A stretch of DNA of 61,534 nucleotides, filler included. It is 5 parts of 5 records of this genome, joined end to end, with 100 filler letters (N's around TTAATTAATTAA, not from the genome) between each part and the next. Parts side by side here need not be neighbours in the genome. Positions count along the whole stretch, not along the records: positions 1 to 30,133 come from DRR723986_5524; 4 more parts are not named here. One strand, given 5' to 3'. The translations under genes and the position numbers were made by a program. How positions within the stretch are numbered: the stretch's first letter is position 1; each line of letters opens with the position of its first letter. Positions 1-11,737 of the stretch are shown here, piece after piece. The notes below the pieces were generated by a model, which worked only from the letters and a program-made list of their open reading frames with translations, was not told the DNA's origin and ran no database searches.

Positions 1-1170
<1,170 letters not shown>

Positions 1171-1199
1171 GGGCTAGCTTTTCAAGTCAGGTGAGATCG

Positions 1200-1226
1200 A
1201 AACGGGCCCTGAGGGGCCCGTTTTTT
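1200..1226 (+). terminator. Rho-independent terminator after acnA
   Basis: aacgggccc-tgag-gggcccgtt stem followed by T run. Confidence 0.85.
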
Positions 1227-1246
1227 GGATAACACCCCCCCGGTGG

Positions 1247-1420
1247 GTCATTCCGGACGAGTGCAGCGAAGCTGCGCGCTGATCCGGAACCCAGCGCACG
1301 CTTCGCGCCGCAGGCGCGTCTTTTTCAAGTGTCGGATGCTTGTTTGAGTTTGCGCTCGCTTTCGCTCACGCTGATTCACTGGATTCCGGATCGGGCCGTG
1401 CAGCTGCGCCGCAGGGCGCT
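1247..1420. repeat. Degenerate REP/REPIN-like palindromic intergenic element
   Basis: gtcattccgga...gatccggaacccag at 1247-1294 and inverted ctggattccggatc near 1379-1392; resembles GTCATTCCGG-type alphaproteobacterial REP repeats. Confidence 0.55.
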
Positions 1421-1486
1421 TTTGTTATTTGCCACTGGTGGAAAAGTCCGTCAGGCTCAACCTCAGGCAGTTCCGGAGGTTTCCTC

Positions 1487-1876
1487 ATGACAGATACCAA
1501 ACCACCGCATCTCTCCCATATCGCTCCGATCTTTCCGGTTTCCGACCTGAAGGCCGCCGTCGCCTATTACCGGAACAGGCTCCTGTTCGAGAGCCGGTTC
1601 GAATGGGCGGATACGGAGGCCGAGCCCGTCCGCTATGCCATTTTGTGCCGGGACCATGTCGAATTGCATCTGTCGGCCGGGGCCGGACGGCATCCGGCGA
1701 CGGCCTATTGCTTCGTGGCCGGGATCGACGGCTATTACACCTCGGTGACAGAAGCGGGCGCCGATATCGCCGAGGCGATCACCGACCGGCCCTGGGACAT
1801 GCGCGAATTCGGCGCAAGGGACCCGGACGGGAACATGCTCTATTTCGGCGAGCATCTGGAGCGAATCGGGCAGTGA
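1487..1876 (+). CDS. VOC/glyoxalase-bleomycin resistance family protein
   Basis: PIFPVSDL...YYR, PWDMREFGARDPDGNMLYF; ATG 1487 with GGAGG RBS. Confidence 0.88.
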   Translation: MTDTKPPHLSHIAPIFPVSDLKAAVAYYRNRLLFESRFEWADTEAEPVRYAILCRDHVELHLSAGAGRHPATAYCFVAGIDGYYTSVTEAGADIAEAITDRPWDMREFGARDPDGNMLYFGEHLERIGQ

Positions 1877-1970
1877 ATGCCCAGGGTAAAAACGGGGAGC
1901 GAGATCCTAACGGAACCCTGGCAGCAGCTGTCGGTTGCGAAGCTCAGACCGAGCCGCTAATAAACCCGTC

Positions 1971-2675
1971 ATGCGCCGATTTTTGATCGTCTGTTTTTTA
2001 TTGATCCTTTCAGGGACGTTGCTCCCCTCATATGCACAAGAAGCCGTTCAGGAACCGCTTGAAATCGGCGACTCGGGCACGGAATACCTGCGCGCAATCC
2101 GTCTGCGCGGGATCGATACGGACGTGGCCTATTTCGACCCCTCCGCACCGCCCCCCAAACTGGACACCACTCAGGAGCCGCCGAAGCCTGCGGCGGATCA
2201 GGCAGACCCGACCATCGACAATCGCTGGATTCCGGGCCTGATCGTAGGCGGCATCCTTGTTGCCGTTGCCTATTTCTTCCTGCGCTTCGGTGGACGGTTC
2301 ACGGTGTCACTAGGCCGGGAGGCCGGCAACCCCGACAGCACTCGCCCCCGAATTCGCGGACAGGCCCCGATCTGGGCGGAAAAGCTCGCCCCGCTTGACG
2401 AGATCCTGCGCATGGAAGACCGACAGAGGGCCCTTGTGCTGCTGACGCAAAAGGTGCTGGCCACCGCCATTGCAGCCAACGGCATCCTGATGCAGCGCAG
2501 CTGGACGGCACGCGATGCCTTGCGCCAGTTGCCCGAAAGCCAGGCGAGGGAACTGCTGCGCAAGCTTGTGACCATGGCCGAACGAGTGCAATTCGGCGGC
2601 AGGCACGTCAGCGAAGACGAGTTCAACGACCATGTTGCAAACTGCCGCTACCTGCTGGGTCCGGAGGCGGCATGA
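1971..2675 (+). CDS. DUF4129-like membrane protein of MoxR cluster
   Basis: Signal peptide, TM helix, C-terminal SWTARD...ERVQFGG; first gene of translationally coupled MoxR operon. Confidence 0.7.
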   Translation: MRRFLIVCFLLILSGTLLPSYAQEAVQEPLEIGDSGTEYLRAIRLRGIDTDVAYFDPSAPPPKLDTTQEPPKPAADQADPTIDNRWIPGLIVGGILVAVAYFFLRFGGRFTVSLGREAGNPDSTRPRIRGQAPIWAEKLAPLDEILRMEDRQRALVLLTQKVLATAIAANGILMQRSWTARDALRQLPESQARELLRKLVTMAERVQFGGRHVSEDEFNDHVANCRYLLGPEAA

Positions 2676-3994
2676 GCGAGAGCGCTGCAAATACGCGGCC
2701 GAAGGGCCCGAGCCTGGAAACCGCCGTCATCGCACTGATCTGCGTCGCGGTTCTGATTGCCGGTTGGTACATCCTGTCCCAGCGCCAGCAGGTCTTGCGC
2801 CGCTCGCCCGCCGGGCTGGACGGTCTGCAGGTCTGGCTGGCGACAAATGGGGCCAGTGCGCAGAATTTTGCCGGCGGCTGGCTGATGGACCAGACAGCGG
2901 TCGGCCTGCTGGTGGTACCGCTTTACGATACGCTGCCGGACAGCGAACGCAGCAGCCCGCGCACCAAGGAAGAACTGCTGCTGCAGCAGGATGAATACGA
3001 TCTGGCGACCGCCGTCGTCCTGGAAAAGGCCGAGCGTGTTCCAACCCTGCTTGTCCTGCCGAAATGGCGTAGCGGCATGCGCCTGACCGGCTTTGCCCAC
3101 CCTTTCCTGAAGGTTGAGGCGGACCGGCTGCAGACAATCGTCAACAAGGTGACCGGCACCAGCGGCACGAAAATTGCCGCCGCAACTCGGCCCTTCTCCG
3201 ACTTCCGGTACCAGTCACAGCAAGGCGAGCCCTTGCGGGCGGAGATCTACGCCGCCCAGACCTTTGCCAACGAGACCTGCCGCCCGATCGTCGGTGACAC
3301 CGGCGCAATGCTGCTGGCCGATTGCCCGCTCGCCGATGCCGGTGACGGCGAACAGGATCGTATTCTGGTGCTGTCCGATCCGGACCTGATCAACAACCAC
3401 GGCCTGCGATTGGGCGACAATGCCAGGATTGCCCTCGATGTCCTGACCGAAAAGGCCGGCAGCCGAAATATCGTCATCGACTACAGCCGCTCTTCTTGGC
3501 TGCGCGATCCCGTGAACGAACCCAAGCGCGAGCGCACCTGGAAAGATCTGCTCCGTTTCTTCGGACCGCCCTTCCTGACCCTGTGGCTCGGCACAGCACT
3601 GTTGCTGGGGCTGGCGCTCTGGCGCAGCTTCATCCGCTACGGCCCCATCCGCGACGAAGAGGCAGGACCTGGCGCCGGCAAGGATCTGGCGGTCCAGGCG
3701 CGCGCAAGACTGATGCGGCTTTCCGGGCAGGATGGCGCTCTCATTCGCGAATATGCGACCGCCCGTATTTCGGCGACGGCCTCTGCGCTGTTCGGTCCGG
3801 CCCATGCCCGCCACTATGCCGGGGAAGACGCCTTCCTGACCTACACCGAACGCCGGCATCCGGCCCTTGCACCGCGCCTGCGCGCGATCCTGGCCGACAT
3901 ACGAAAACTGCCTGCCCGGCTTCCGGCCACGGAAGCCATCCAGCAAATCGACCAATTGGAACAGGTATTGGAGCAAATAACCCATGACGCTTGA
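2672..3994 (+). CDS. DUF4350-like protein of MoxR cluster
   Basis: N-terminal anchor, [12 protein letters not shown]...DNARIAL, WR..RYGP C-terminal TM; ATGA overlap. Confidence 0.7.
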   Translation: MSESAANTRPKGPSLETAVIALICVAVLIAGWYILSQRQQVLRRSPAGLDGLQVWLATNGASAQNFAGGWLMDQTAVGLLVVPLYDTLPDSERSSPRTKEELLLQQDEYDLATAVVLEKAERVPTLLVLPKWRSGMRLTGFAHPFLKVEADRLQTIVNKVTGTSGTKIAAATRPFSDFRYQSQQGEPLRAEIYAAQTFANETCRPIVGDTGAMLLADCPLADAGDGEQDRILVLSDPDLINNHGLRLGDNARIALDVLTEKAGSRNIVIDYSRSSWLRDPVNEPKRERTWKDLLRFFGPPFLTLWLGTALLLGLALWRSFIRYGPIRDEEAGPGAGKDLAVQARARLMRLSGQDGALIREYATARISATASALFGPAHARHYAGEDAFLTYTERRHPALAPRLRAILADIRKLPARLPATEAIQQIDQLEQVLEQITHDA

Positions 3995-4940
3995 AGCGCT
4001 GCGCGAACGGACCGATGCCTTGCGGACGGAGATCGGCCGGACCGTACTCGGTCAGGACGACATCATCGACCTGTTGCTGATCGCCTTGTTTGCCCGCGGC
4101 CACGTGCTGCTGGAAGGCCCTCCCGGCACCGCCAAGACGCTGCTTGCCCGCAGTTTCTCGGCGGCTCTGGCACTCGATTTCGGCCGTATCCAGTTCACGC
4201 CGGACCTGATGCCCGGCGACGTGCTCGGCACCTCGATCTTCGATTTCCGCACCAACGCCTTCGTGCTGACCAAGGGCCCCGTGTTCTCGCAGGTGCTGCT
4301 GGCCGACGAAATCAACCGCGCCCCACCCAAGACCCAGGCCGCCCTGCTGCAGGCCATGAGCGAACGCATGGTCAGCATCGACGGCACGGATCATTCCCTC
4401 GGACGGGAATTCATTGTCGTGGCAACCCAGAACCCCATCGAGCAGCAGGGCACCTATCCCCTGCCAGAAGCCCAGCTCGACCGGTTCCTGTTCAAGCTGG
4501 TGATCGACTTCCCGCCCGAAGACATCGAGATGGCGATCCTGCGCCAGCACGCGGACAAGCCGCTGGAAGCCGGCATGGAAACCGCCACGCTGTCCAAGGT
4601 GCTCGATTCCACCACCCTTGAGGAAACAAGGGCGCTGGTCGACAGCATCATCCTGAAGGATGACATCCTTGCCTATATCCTGCGCCTGATCCGCGCGACC
4701 CGCCAAAGTTCCGAAATCGCCTTCGGTGCCTCGACCCGCGCGGCCGACGCGCTGGCAAGTGCGGCACGGGCAACGGCGGCACTCAACGGACGCGATTACG
4801 CCATTCCCGACGACGTCAAACGTCTGTTCGTGCCGGCCCTTCGCCACAGGATCGTTCTCGGCCCGGCGGCGGAAATCGAAGGCCGCAGCCCGGCGCAGGT
4901 CCTGGAAAACATCCTCAACCAGATCGAGGCTCCCCGCTGA
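3984..4940 (+). CDS. moxR: MoxR family AAA+ ATPase
   Basis: [65 protein letters not shown]. Confidence 0.96.
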   Translation: MTLEALRERTDALRTEIGRTVLGQDDIIDLLLIALFARGHVLLEGPPGTAKTLLARSFSAALALDFGRIQFTPDLMPGDVLGTSIFDFRTNAFVLTKGPVFSQVLLADEINRAPPKTQAALLQAMSERMVSIDGTDHSLGREFIVVATQNPIEQQGTYPLPEAQLDRFLFKLVIDFPPEDIEMAILRQHADKPLEAGMETATLSKVLDSTTLEETRALVDSIILKDDILAYILRLIRATRQSSEIAFGASTRAADALASAARATAALNGRDYAIPDDVKRLFVPALRHRIVLGPAAEIEGRSPAQVLENILNQIEAPR

Positions 4941-6235
4941 TCCGGCCGTCCAAACGACTGCTCGCCTTTGGCGCATTGGCTCTGGCCATCTCGGTGATCA
5001 CGGTTGTCACCGGGGGCGCTGCGCGTGAAATCGGCGCGGTTCCCTGGATCGTGCTCGTGCTTCTGGTCGTCATCGACATGGCCATGTCACTCCGGCGACC
5101 GCAGAACCTGACGTTTGAGGCTCCGGCGGAGGTATTTGTCGGCGAGACGGCAAAGCTTCAACTGGAACTTGCCCAGGCGCCCTTGGCCCTGCGAGCGAAA
5201 CTGGACTGGCCGGAAGGCCTCGGCGGCGACGCGGAATTCGCGTTTGCCCCGGTGGCGGACGGCAGCTCGCGGGCGGAGGTTGCCTGCCGGGCGATCCGGC
5301 GCGGCGTCTGGCGCGTGGACCATCTCTGGCTTTCCTGGCACTCGCGCCTCAAACTGCTGGAGTTCGTGCCGAAACTGGCTGTCGGGGCAGAAATCCGCGT
5401 GGTCCCGAACATCCGCATGGTGCAGTCCGGACAGATCACCACCACCGTTCTTTCGACGCTTTACGGCGTGAAGGAAAACCGCGCTGTCGGTGAAGGATCG
5501 GAATTCCAGCAACTGCGGGATTTCGTCCAAGGCATGGACATCAAGACGATCGACTGGAAGCGGTCGGCCCGACGGCGATCTCTGGTCGCCAAGGAATTGC
5601 GCGCCGAGCGAAATCACCATGTCATTGTCGCACTCGACAACGGCTATCTGATGCGCGAGGAGATCGGCGGCCTGCCGAAGATCGACCACGCCGTGACCGC
5701 AGCGCTGGCGACCGCCTGGGCGGCTGCCATTGGCGGTGATCTGGTCGGCTATTATTCCTACGATGTCAAACCGCGCACCTTCTCCGCACCCGCTCCGGGC
5801 AGGACGGCGTTTGCACGGCTGCGCAGCTGGACGGCGGAGCTTTCCTATGTCAGCCGCGAAACCAACCACACCCTCGCGCTCACCGAGTTGAACGCCCGGA
5901 CGCCCAAACGCAGCCTGCTGATCATCTTCACTGATTTCGTCGACACCACATCGGCCGAATTGCTGGTGGAGAACATCGGCATCCTGGCCAAGCGGCACCT
6001 GCTGATCTTCGTCGCAATCCGCGATCCCGACCTTGAGAAGCTGGTGGAAACGGCACCGGGAGATCTCGATGGCGCGGCCACGCTTGTCGCCGCCAACCAG
6101 GCACTCAATGAACGCCGCCTGGTGTTCGAAAAACTGTCCCGAATGGGCGTTACCATCGTTGACGCCAAACCGAATGCCGTGACCGCGCGGCTGATTTCCG
6201 CCTATCTTGAAATCAAGGCCCGGGAGCTGATCTGA
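4937..6235 (+). CDS. DUF58 domain (VWA-like) protein; probable CTG start overlapping moxR stop
   Basis: [17 protein letters not shown]...IDWKRSAR; in-frame CTG at 4937 gives IRPSKRLL N-terminus. Confidence 0.88.
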   Translation: MIRPSKRLLAFGALALAISVITVVTGGAAREIGAVPWIVLVLLVVIDMAMSLRRPQNLTFEAPAEVFVGETAKLQLELAQAPLALRAKLDWPEGLGGDAEFAFAPVADGSSRAEVACRAIRRGVWRVDHLWLSWHSRLKLLEFVPKLAVGAEIRVVPNIRMVQSGQITTTVLSTLYGVKENRAVGEGSEFQQLRDFVQGMDIKTIDWKRSARRRSLVAKELRAERNHHVIVALDNGYLMREEIGGLPKIDHAVTAALATAWAAAIGGDLVGYYSYDVKPRTFSAPAPGRTAFARLRSWTAELSYVSRETNHTLALTELNARTPKRSLLIIFTDFVDTTSAELLVENIGILAKRHLLIFVAIRDPDLEKLVETAPGDLDGAATLVAANQALNERRLVFEKLSRMGVTIVDAKPNAVTARLISAYLEIKARELI

Positions 6236-7230
6236 TGGACACACAGGATCTGATGCGCTCCGCCCGGTTCCGAAAGGAGCGGGAAGCCGACTGGCAGAGG
6301 CTGGAAACCTTGGTTCGCAAGGCCGAAGGCCAGGGCCTTCAGCATATGGAATTCGCGGAGACCCGCGACCTTGCCTCTCTCTACCGGCAGGCGACGACCT
6401 CGCTCGCGATTGCCCGCGAAATCTCGCTCGACAAGGCCCTGCTCGGCTATCTGGAAGCGCTCACGGCCCGTGCATATCTGTGCGTCTATGCCCCGCAGGA
6501 ACGGCTTGGAGGCCTGCTGGAGCACTTCCTGAGGGAAGGCGCGCCACGGGCGATGCGCCGGTCCTGGTTCTACATACTGATCGGCTTCCTGTGCATGGCG
6601 CTCGGTGCCCTCACGGGTTATCTGCTCTATTTCGAGAACAACGACTGGTTCTACGTGATGATGCCGGCCGAACTTGCCGGCAACCGTGGGCCGGACGCGA
6701 CCACGGAATCCCTGCGCTCGGTCATCTACGGCACCGACCAGGCAAGCGGGCTCGGTGCCTTCGCGACCTATCTGTTTTCCCACAACACCCGCATCGCGAT
6801 CTTCGTTTTCGGTCTTGGTGTCTTTGCCTGCGCCCCTGCCGTCTTGCTGACATTCTATAACGGCCTGTCGCTCGGTGCCTTCCTCGCCCTTCACGTCGAC
6901 CGGGGTCTGGGTCTCGATCTCGTCGGCTGGCTGTCGATCCATGGCGTCACCGAAATCTCGGCCATCTGCATTGCCTGCGGCGGCGGGTTGCAACTGGGGG
7001 CCGCGGTGCTTTTTCCAGGTGACAGATCACGCAGCGTTGCCTTGCGCGAAGCCGGTCGCGATGCTGTGAAACTGGCGATTGTCGCAGCCATCATGCTGGT
7101 GGCAGCCGCACTTCTGGAAGGCTTCGGCCGGCAACTGGTGCAAAGCCTTGAGGCCCGGCTGATCATCGGCTGGGGGATCGGTGCGCTCTGGCTGTCCTGG
7201 TTCCTGTTGGGAGGCCGGAGCCGGCGATGA
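6235..7230 (+). CDS. Stage II sporulation protein M (SpoIIM/DUF95) family membrane protein
   Basis: LFSHNTRIA, YNGLSLGA, IHGVTEISAI, AALLEGF. Confidence 0.9.
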   Translation: MDTQDLMRSARFRKEREADWQRLETLVRKAEGQGLQHMEFAETRDLASLYRQATTSLAIAREISLDKALLGYLEALTARAYLCVYAPQERLGGLLEHFLREGAPRAMRRSWFYILIGFLCMALGALTGYLLYFENNDWFYVMMPAELAGNRGPDATTESLRSVIYGTDQASGLGAFATYLFSHNTRIAIFVFGLGVFACAPAVLLTFYNGLSLGAFLALHVDRGLGLDLVGWLSIHGVTEISAICIACGGGLQLGAAVLFPGDRSRSVALREAGRDAVKLAIVAAIMLVAAALLEGFGRQLVQSLEARLIIGWGIGALWLSWFLLGGRSRR

Positions 7231-8150
7231 GAGTGCGTTTCTGGAAACGAACCAAGACCGACCGGCCACCGGCGTCAACGCTAGTGCCGCCGGAGGGCGT
7301 TGCACTGACGCTGCCCATCGCGGGTGTTGGGGTGCGCTTTTCTGCCCAGCTCATCGATATCATCCTGACCGCGATTGCCGCGACCTGCCTGGTGATCCTG
7401 CTCGCTCTGATCAACCTGACGACACCGCAGACACTGATGGCCATCGCCGCCCTGCTGTTCTTCCTGATCCGGGTTCCCTACTATGTGCTGGCCGAACTGG
7501 CCTGGAACGGCCAGACCCTCGGCAAACGGCTGATGAAGATCAAGGTGGTTTCCCATGACGGCGGACCACTGACCGCCCGCGCGCTTGTCCTGCGCAACCT
7601 GATGAAGGAGGCGGAGATCTTCCTGCCCGGGACGCTTCTGCTGACGCTGGATTCGGCAACGCCGCTTGCCTCGCTCGCCGCTTTTGCCTGGGTTGCCATG
7701 TCGCTGATGATCCCCCTGTTCAACCGCTACCGGCGCCGGCTTGGCGACATGATGGCAGGCACCCATGTCATCCACCTGCCCGTGCCGGTGCTTTTGAAGG
7801 ATCTGGCCAGCGAGACGGTCGCGACCGGGACACCACGCAAGAAATTCGTCTTCCTGTCCCATCAGCTCGACCACTACGGCGCCTTCGAACTGCAGACACT
7901 GGAAACGCTGCTGCGTGGCCAGAATACACCGTCCGGAGCCGAAGCTGCCCACCAGCGGAACGCCACCCTGGAAGCCATCGTGGAAAAGATCCGCAAGAAG
8001 ATCGGCTATGCCGCTCCGGTTCCTCCGGTGGATCGTTTGCCGTTCCTGCAGGCGTTCTACAACGCCCAGCGGGAACATCTCGAGCAGCGCCAGCTGTTCG
8101 GCGACAAGCGGGAAAACAAGCACTACGCCCAATCCGGCGAGGAAAAATAG
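7227..8150 (+). CDS. RDD family protein
   Basis: PPEGV, RFSAQLID, GQTLGKRLMKIKVV, RRLGDMMAGTHV. Confidence 0.92.
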   Translation: MRVRFWKRTKTDRPPASTLVPPEGVALTLPIAGVGVRFSAQLIDIILTAIAATCLVILLALINLTTPQTLMAIAALLFFLIRVPYYVLAELAWNGQTLGKRLMKIKVVSHDGGPLTARALVLRNLMKEAEIFLPGTLLLTLDSATPLASLAAFAWVAMSLMIPLFNRYRRRLGDMMAGTHVIHLPVPVLLKDLASETVATGTPRKKFVFLSHQLDHYGAFELQTLETLLRGQNTPSGAEAAHQRNATLEAIVEKIRKKIGYAAPVPPVDRLPFLQAFYNAQREHLEQRQLFGDKRENKHYAQSGEEK

Positions 8151-8195
8151 ACCTTTCGCCCTCTCCGGCTCCAGTCATCAAGTGGATCAGCCAGA

Positions 8196-9086
8196 TTGCA
8201 GAAACAGGACAATCATAGTCTCAGAGCCTATTTCCTTGATCGGGTTGGCCAGTCCGAGGGGTCGCAGGGGCGCCATGTCCGGCAGTCACTTGGGATCGGC
8301 GCGCTGATAGGAACCAGTTTTTCCATCACGATCCGGAATCTTGTGCCGGTGCTTGCGATCGGTTTTGTAGTCAGCCTCCTGGGCGCTCTGCTGGCTGGAT
8401 CGCTTGTCGGCGTCGATGCCGCGCTCAATCTGGAAACGGACGACACCAGCGACCTGGCCGGCCTCGTCGACCTTGCGACGGCCTTTGTCGATGTGATCGT
8501 TTTTGCCGTGACTGCGGCCTTTCTCGCCCAGCTGACCTATGACGCCCGGTTGAACCGCCCGGTCTCGATTGCCCGCTATTTGCTGCCGGCCCTCAAGGCC
8601 AGCGCACCGATCTGCCTGCAAAACGGGCTGCTGGTCGTCATCTTCGTGTGCATTGCGCTGCCGCTGGTCTTCATTGCGATCTTCGTGAATACGACCCTGA
8701 TTTCCATCACGGCGCTTGCGGTTCTGCCTTTTGTCGCCCTGTGGGGATGTTCGGTCTTCTCGGTTTTGGCCCCCGCTGTCGTCATTGAACGGGTTGGCTT
8801 CAGCGGCATGAGCCGCAGCTGGGCGCTGACGAAAACCTATCGTTGGCAGATTGCCGGCGCACTGCTGCCGGTCTGGCTTTGCTCGCTGGCTGTCACGATT
8901 GCCGGCGCTTTTCCAGTGGAGCTTCTCGCCCGTGAGGGAAGTTACGTCTGGGCCCTGCCCGTCTTTGCCGCAACCAACGCGCTGGCAAGCGGACCTTTGG
9001 CAATTCTTGCCACGTTGGTTTACGCGCGACTGCGCGAAATCAAGGAAGGTATCAGCGTTGACCAGGTCGCCGATGTCTTCGACTGA
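8196..9086 (+). CDS. Hypothetical multi-pass membrane protein (paralog of 9354-10136); start uncertain
   Basis: Hydrophobic; PAVVIER...RSW.LTK.YRW and C-terminal YARLREIKEG.SVDQ.A.VFD shared with neighbour. Confidence 0.7.
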   Translation: MQKQDNHSLRAYFLDRVGQSEGSQGRHVRQSLGIGALIGTSFSITIRNLVPVLAIGFVVSLLGALLAGSLVGVDAALNLETDDTSDLAGLVDLATAFVDVIVFAVTAAFLAQLTYDARLNRPVSIARYLLPALKASAPICLQNGLLVVIFVCIALPLVFIAIFVNTTLISITALAVLPFVALWGCSVFSVLAPAVVIERVGFSGMSRSWALTKTYRWQIAGALLPVWLCSLAVTIAGAFPVELLAREGSYVWALPVFAATNALASGPLAILATLVYARLREIKEGISVDQVADVFD

Positions 9087-9353
9087 GTGTCAGGAGGGTT
9101 GAACTTCCGCGCACGGCCCCGCTTGTGACCTGCTGCAGAAGGATTTATGGTGAAAAATCGCAAGAGTAACTGTCTTCAGCAGAGGGCGGGCAAGATGCTC
9201 ATGCGATCGGGATCTACCGGTTTTCGGACAGTCCACGGCTTCAGGCGGATGATCGTCGCTCCTCCCGTTTGGCGGGCAGCGTTCGTCGGTATGTGGGCTG
9301 GAATTAGATAACCACTTTTGAAAAAACTATTGGAAGTTTTACGGAGCAATTGA

Positions 9354-10136
9354 ATGACCGACACGACCCTAAGCCAGCCCACGGCCTCCCTTGGCGTTGG
9401 CTCCATCATCGGCGAGAGCTTCTCGATCCTCCTCAAGCATTTCATTCAGGTCGTCATCGTCGGCTTCGTGCCGAACCTGATCGGCTTCCTGATTTCCGGC
9501 CTGCTGGTCGGCTTCGGCGCCGCACTCGGCATCCAGCCGCAGGAGTTCACCGGCCCCGGCAGCGCTGTTGCCAACGTGCTGTCGATCCTCGTCAGCATGG
9601 TGGTCTATTCCATCACCACCGCACTTCTGGTGCAGCTTGCCTATGACGCGAAGCTGTCGCGCCCGGTACAGCTTGGCCGTTACTTCGGTCCGGCCCTGAG
9701 TGCTGTCGTGCCGCTGGCGATCCTCTCGATCGTCGTCTCGATCCTGGTTGGTATCGGCCTGGTCCTGCTGGTCGTTCCTGGCCTCTGGGTCTATGCGGTA
9801 TTCGCCGTCATGGCACCGGCCGTCGTCATCGAACGCGCAGGCTTCGGCGGTCTTGGCCGCAGCAAGTATCTCACCAAGGAATACCGCTGGCCGATCCTGG
9901 GTGCGCTGGTACTGGCCATCATCTGTGCCACCATCATCAACATCGTCGCTCTGTTCGTCGTCGGCCTCGTGGCCTCGGCCGGCAGCATCGGCATGGTAAT
10001 CGGCATCATCCTGTTCGCTGCCATTTCCACAGTCGGCGCAGGTTTCCTGAGTATCCTTGTCGCACTGATTTACGCGCGCCTGCGTGAAATCAAGGAAGGC
10101 GTCAGCGTCGACCAGATCGCATCTGTCTTCGACTGA
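9354..10136 (+). CDS. Hypothetical multi-pass membrane protein (UPF0259/YciC-like)
   Basis: Strong codon bias, GGAG RBS, APAVVIER.G..GLGRSKYLTK, YARLREIKEG. Confidence 0.8.
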   Translation: MTDTTLSQPTASLGVGSIIGESFSILLKHFIQVVIVGFVPNLIGFLISGLLVGFGAALGIQPQEFTGPGSAVANVLSILVSMVVYSITTALLVQLAYDAKLSRPVQLGRYFGPALSAVVPLAILSIVVSILVGIGLVLLVVPGLWVYAVFAVMAPAVVIERAGFGGLGRSKYLTKEYRWPILGALVLAIICATIINIVALFVVGLVASAGSIGMVIGIILFAAISTVGAGFLSILVALIYARLREIKEGVSVDQIASVFD

Positions 10137-10205
10137 TTGCCCTGCAATGCGGGCAAACCGCGCTGCTTTTTGAAATTGTCCGGCAAGCGGGTCCGGACAC
10201 CACAG

Positions 10206-10231
10206 CACCCGGGGCAAGCCCCGGGTGTTTT
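10206..10231 (+). terminator. Rho-independent terminator
   Basis: cacccgggg-caag-ccccgggtg followed by TTTT. Confidence 0.75.
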
Positions 10232-10326
10232 GTCTTTGAGCAAAGACAAGGCGGGGAATTTTCCTTGCATCATAACAGTGCGGCCAACTAACAAGGTTCA
10301 ACCCAACCTGCCGCCGGAGCATTCCC

Positions 10327-10989
10327 CTGAGACTGATTGCCGAAAACCTGACCATCGATCGCGGCGGACGCCGGGTGTTTCAGGACCTGTCCTTTGATCT
10401 TCCCTCCGGCACGGCGCTGGTCGTGACGGGCGCGAACGGCATCGGCAAGTCGTCGCTGCTGCGGACGCTGGCAGGTCTTGTCGCGCTGGCTGGTGGCAAG
10501 CTTTGGCTGGAACAGGGAGAAGCCGACCGGTCGCCGGCTGAACACGCCCATTATTTCGGCCATCAGAACGCGGTCAAGGCAGCGCTTTCGGTGCTGGAAA
10601 ACCTGACGTTCTGGCAAGGCTTCACCTCACCGGTTTCGGCATCTGTCTTTGGCGCAACGGCAATGTCTCCCGAGGCCGCGCTTGATCTCCTCGGCATAGG
10701 CCACACGACAGACCTGCCCGCAGGATTTCTCTCCGCCGGTCAGACGAGGCGCCTGGCCCTTGCCCGGCTTCTGGTCACGCCCCGGCCGATCTGGCTGATG
10801 GATGAGCCGACATCGGCGCTCGACAAGGCATCGGAAGGCCAGCTTCTGGACCTGATGAACGGACATCTGACCGCCGGCGGCATGATCATAACTGCGACCC
10901 ACACCGATCTGGCCCTTGCCAGAACCAAGATCCTGCATCTGCGCACCGCTGATCCCGTTTCGCTGCACGAGGAGGATCTGCCCGCATGA
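10327..10989 (+). CDS. ccmA: Heme ABC exporter ATP-binding protein CcmA; probable CTG start
   Basis: GANGIGKSSLLR, LSAGQTRRLALARL, WLMDEP; in-frame extension (L)RLIAENLTIDRGGRRVF with GGAG 7 nt upstream. Confidence 0.93.
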   Translation: MRLIAENLTIDRGGRRVFQDLSFDLPSGTALVVTGANGIGKSSLLRTLAGLVALAGGKLWLEQGEADRSPAEHAHYFGHQNAVKAALSVLENLTFWQGFTSPVSASVFGATAMSPEAALDLLGIGHTTDLPAGFLSAGQTRRLALARLLVTPRPIWLMDEPTSALDKASEGQLLDLMNGHLTAGGMIITATHTDLALARTKILHLRTADPVSLHEEDLPA

Positions 10990-11657
10990 GTTCCTGGGCT
11001 GTTGTGCTGTTTCGGCGGGATCTTCGGCTGTCTGTGCGCGTCGGCGGCAGCGCGCTTGTCGGTGTGCTGTTCTTCCTGGCCGTTGTCACTGTCATTCCCT
11101 TCGGCGTCGGTCCGGATCTGAACCTGCTTTCCCGCATTGGTCCTGCCATCTTGTGGATCGGTGCACTTCTGGCGACGCTCCTCGGACTGGACAGGCTGTT
11201 TCAGGCTGATCGGGAGGACGGCACGCTGGACCTGATGCTGATGGCCGGACGGTCGCTGGAACTGCTTGTACTGATCAAGTGCCTGGCGCACTGGGTCGCA
11301 ACAGGCCTGCCGCTGGTGATCGCCGCCCCCCTGCTGGGCATCTTTCTCAATCTCGACCCCGTCGCCACGGGAGCCGTCACGCTCACGCTGTTGGTCGGCA
11401 CACCGGCCCTGACGCTGATCGGCGCCATCGGCGCGGCCCTCACCGTCTCGTTGCGCCGAGGCGGTCTTCTGCTGGCCGTGCTGGTGATACCGCTGGCCAT
11501 TCCCGTGCTGATTTTCGGCGTCAGTGCCGCGGATGCCGCTATTCATGATCCCGTGCCGTTTCTGACACCGTTCCTGATCCTGTGTTCGCTGTCGCTGATT
11601 GCGGCGGTGATCGGCCCGCTTGCCGCTGCCGCGGCGCTCCGGTTTGCAGGAGATTGA
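10986..11657 (+). CDS. ccmB: Heme exporter protein CcmB
   Basis: PFGVGPD, LDRLFQADREDGTLD, PLAIPVLIFG. Confidence 0.95.
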   Translation: MSSWAVVLFRRDLRLSVRVGGSALVGVLFFLAVVTVIPFGVGPDLNLLSRIGPAILWIGALLATLLGLDRLFQADREDGTLDLMLMAGRSLELLVLIKCLAHWVATGLPLVIAAPLLGIFLNLDPVATGAVTLTLLVGTPALTLIGAIGAALTVSLRRGGLLLAVLVIPLAIPVLIFGVSAADAAIHDPVPFLTPFLILCSLSLIAAVIGPLAAAAALRFAGD

Positions 11658-11737
11658 CGGCAATTTGACACCGCGCAATGCACCCTGCGGCATACTCGTC
11701 CATTGAAGCGGACAACGCTCTAGATTAGAACGGTTCC

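Noticed and set aside
1912-1936. GGAAC-N16-GGTT possible ECF (EcfG-like) promoter before the MoxR operon
   Set aside because: The -10 element mismatches CGTT and such short motifs arise by chance; unsupported without TSS data
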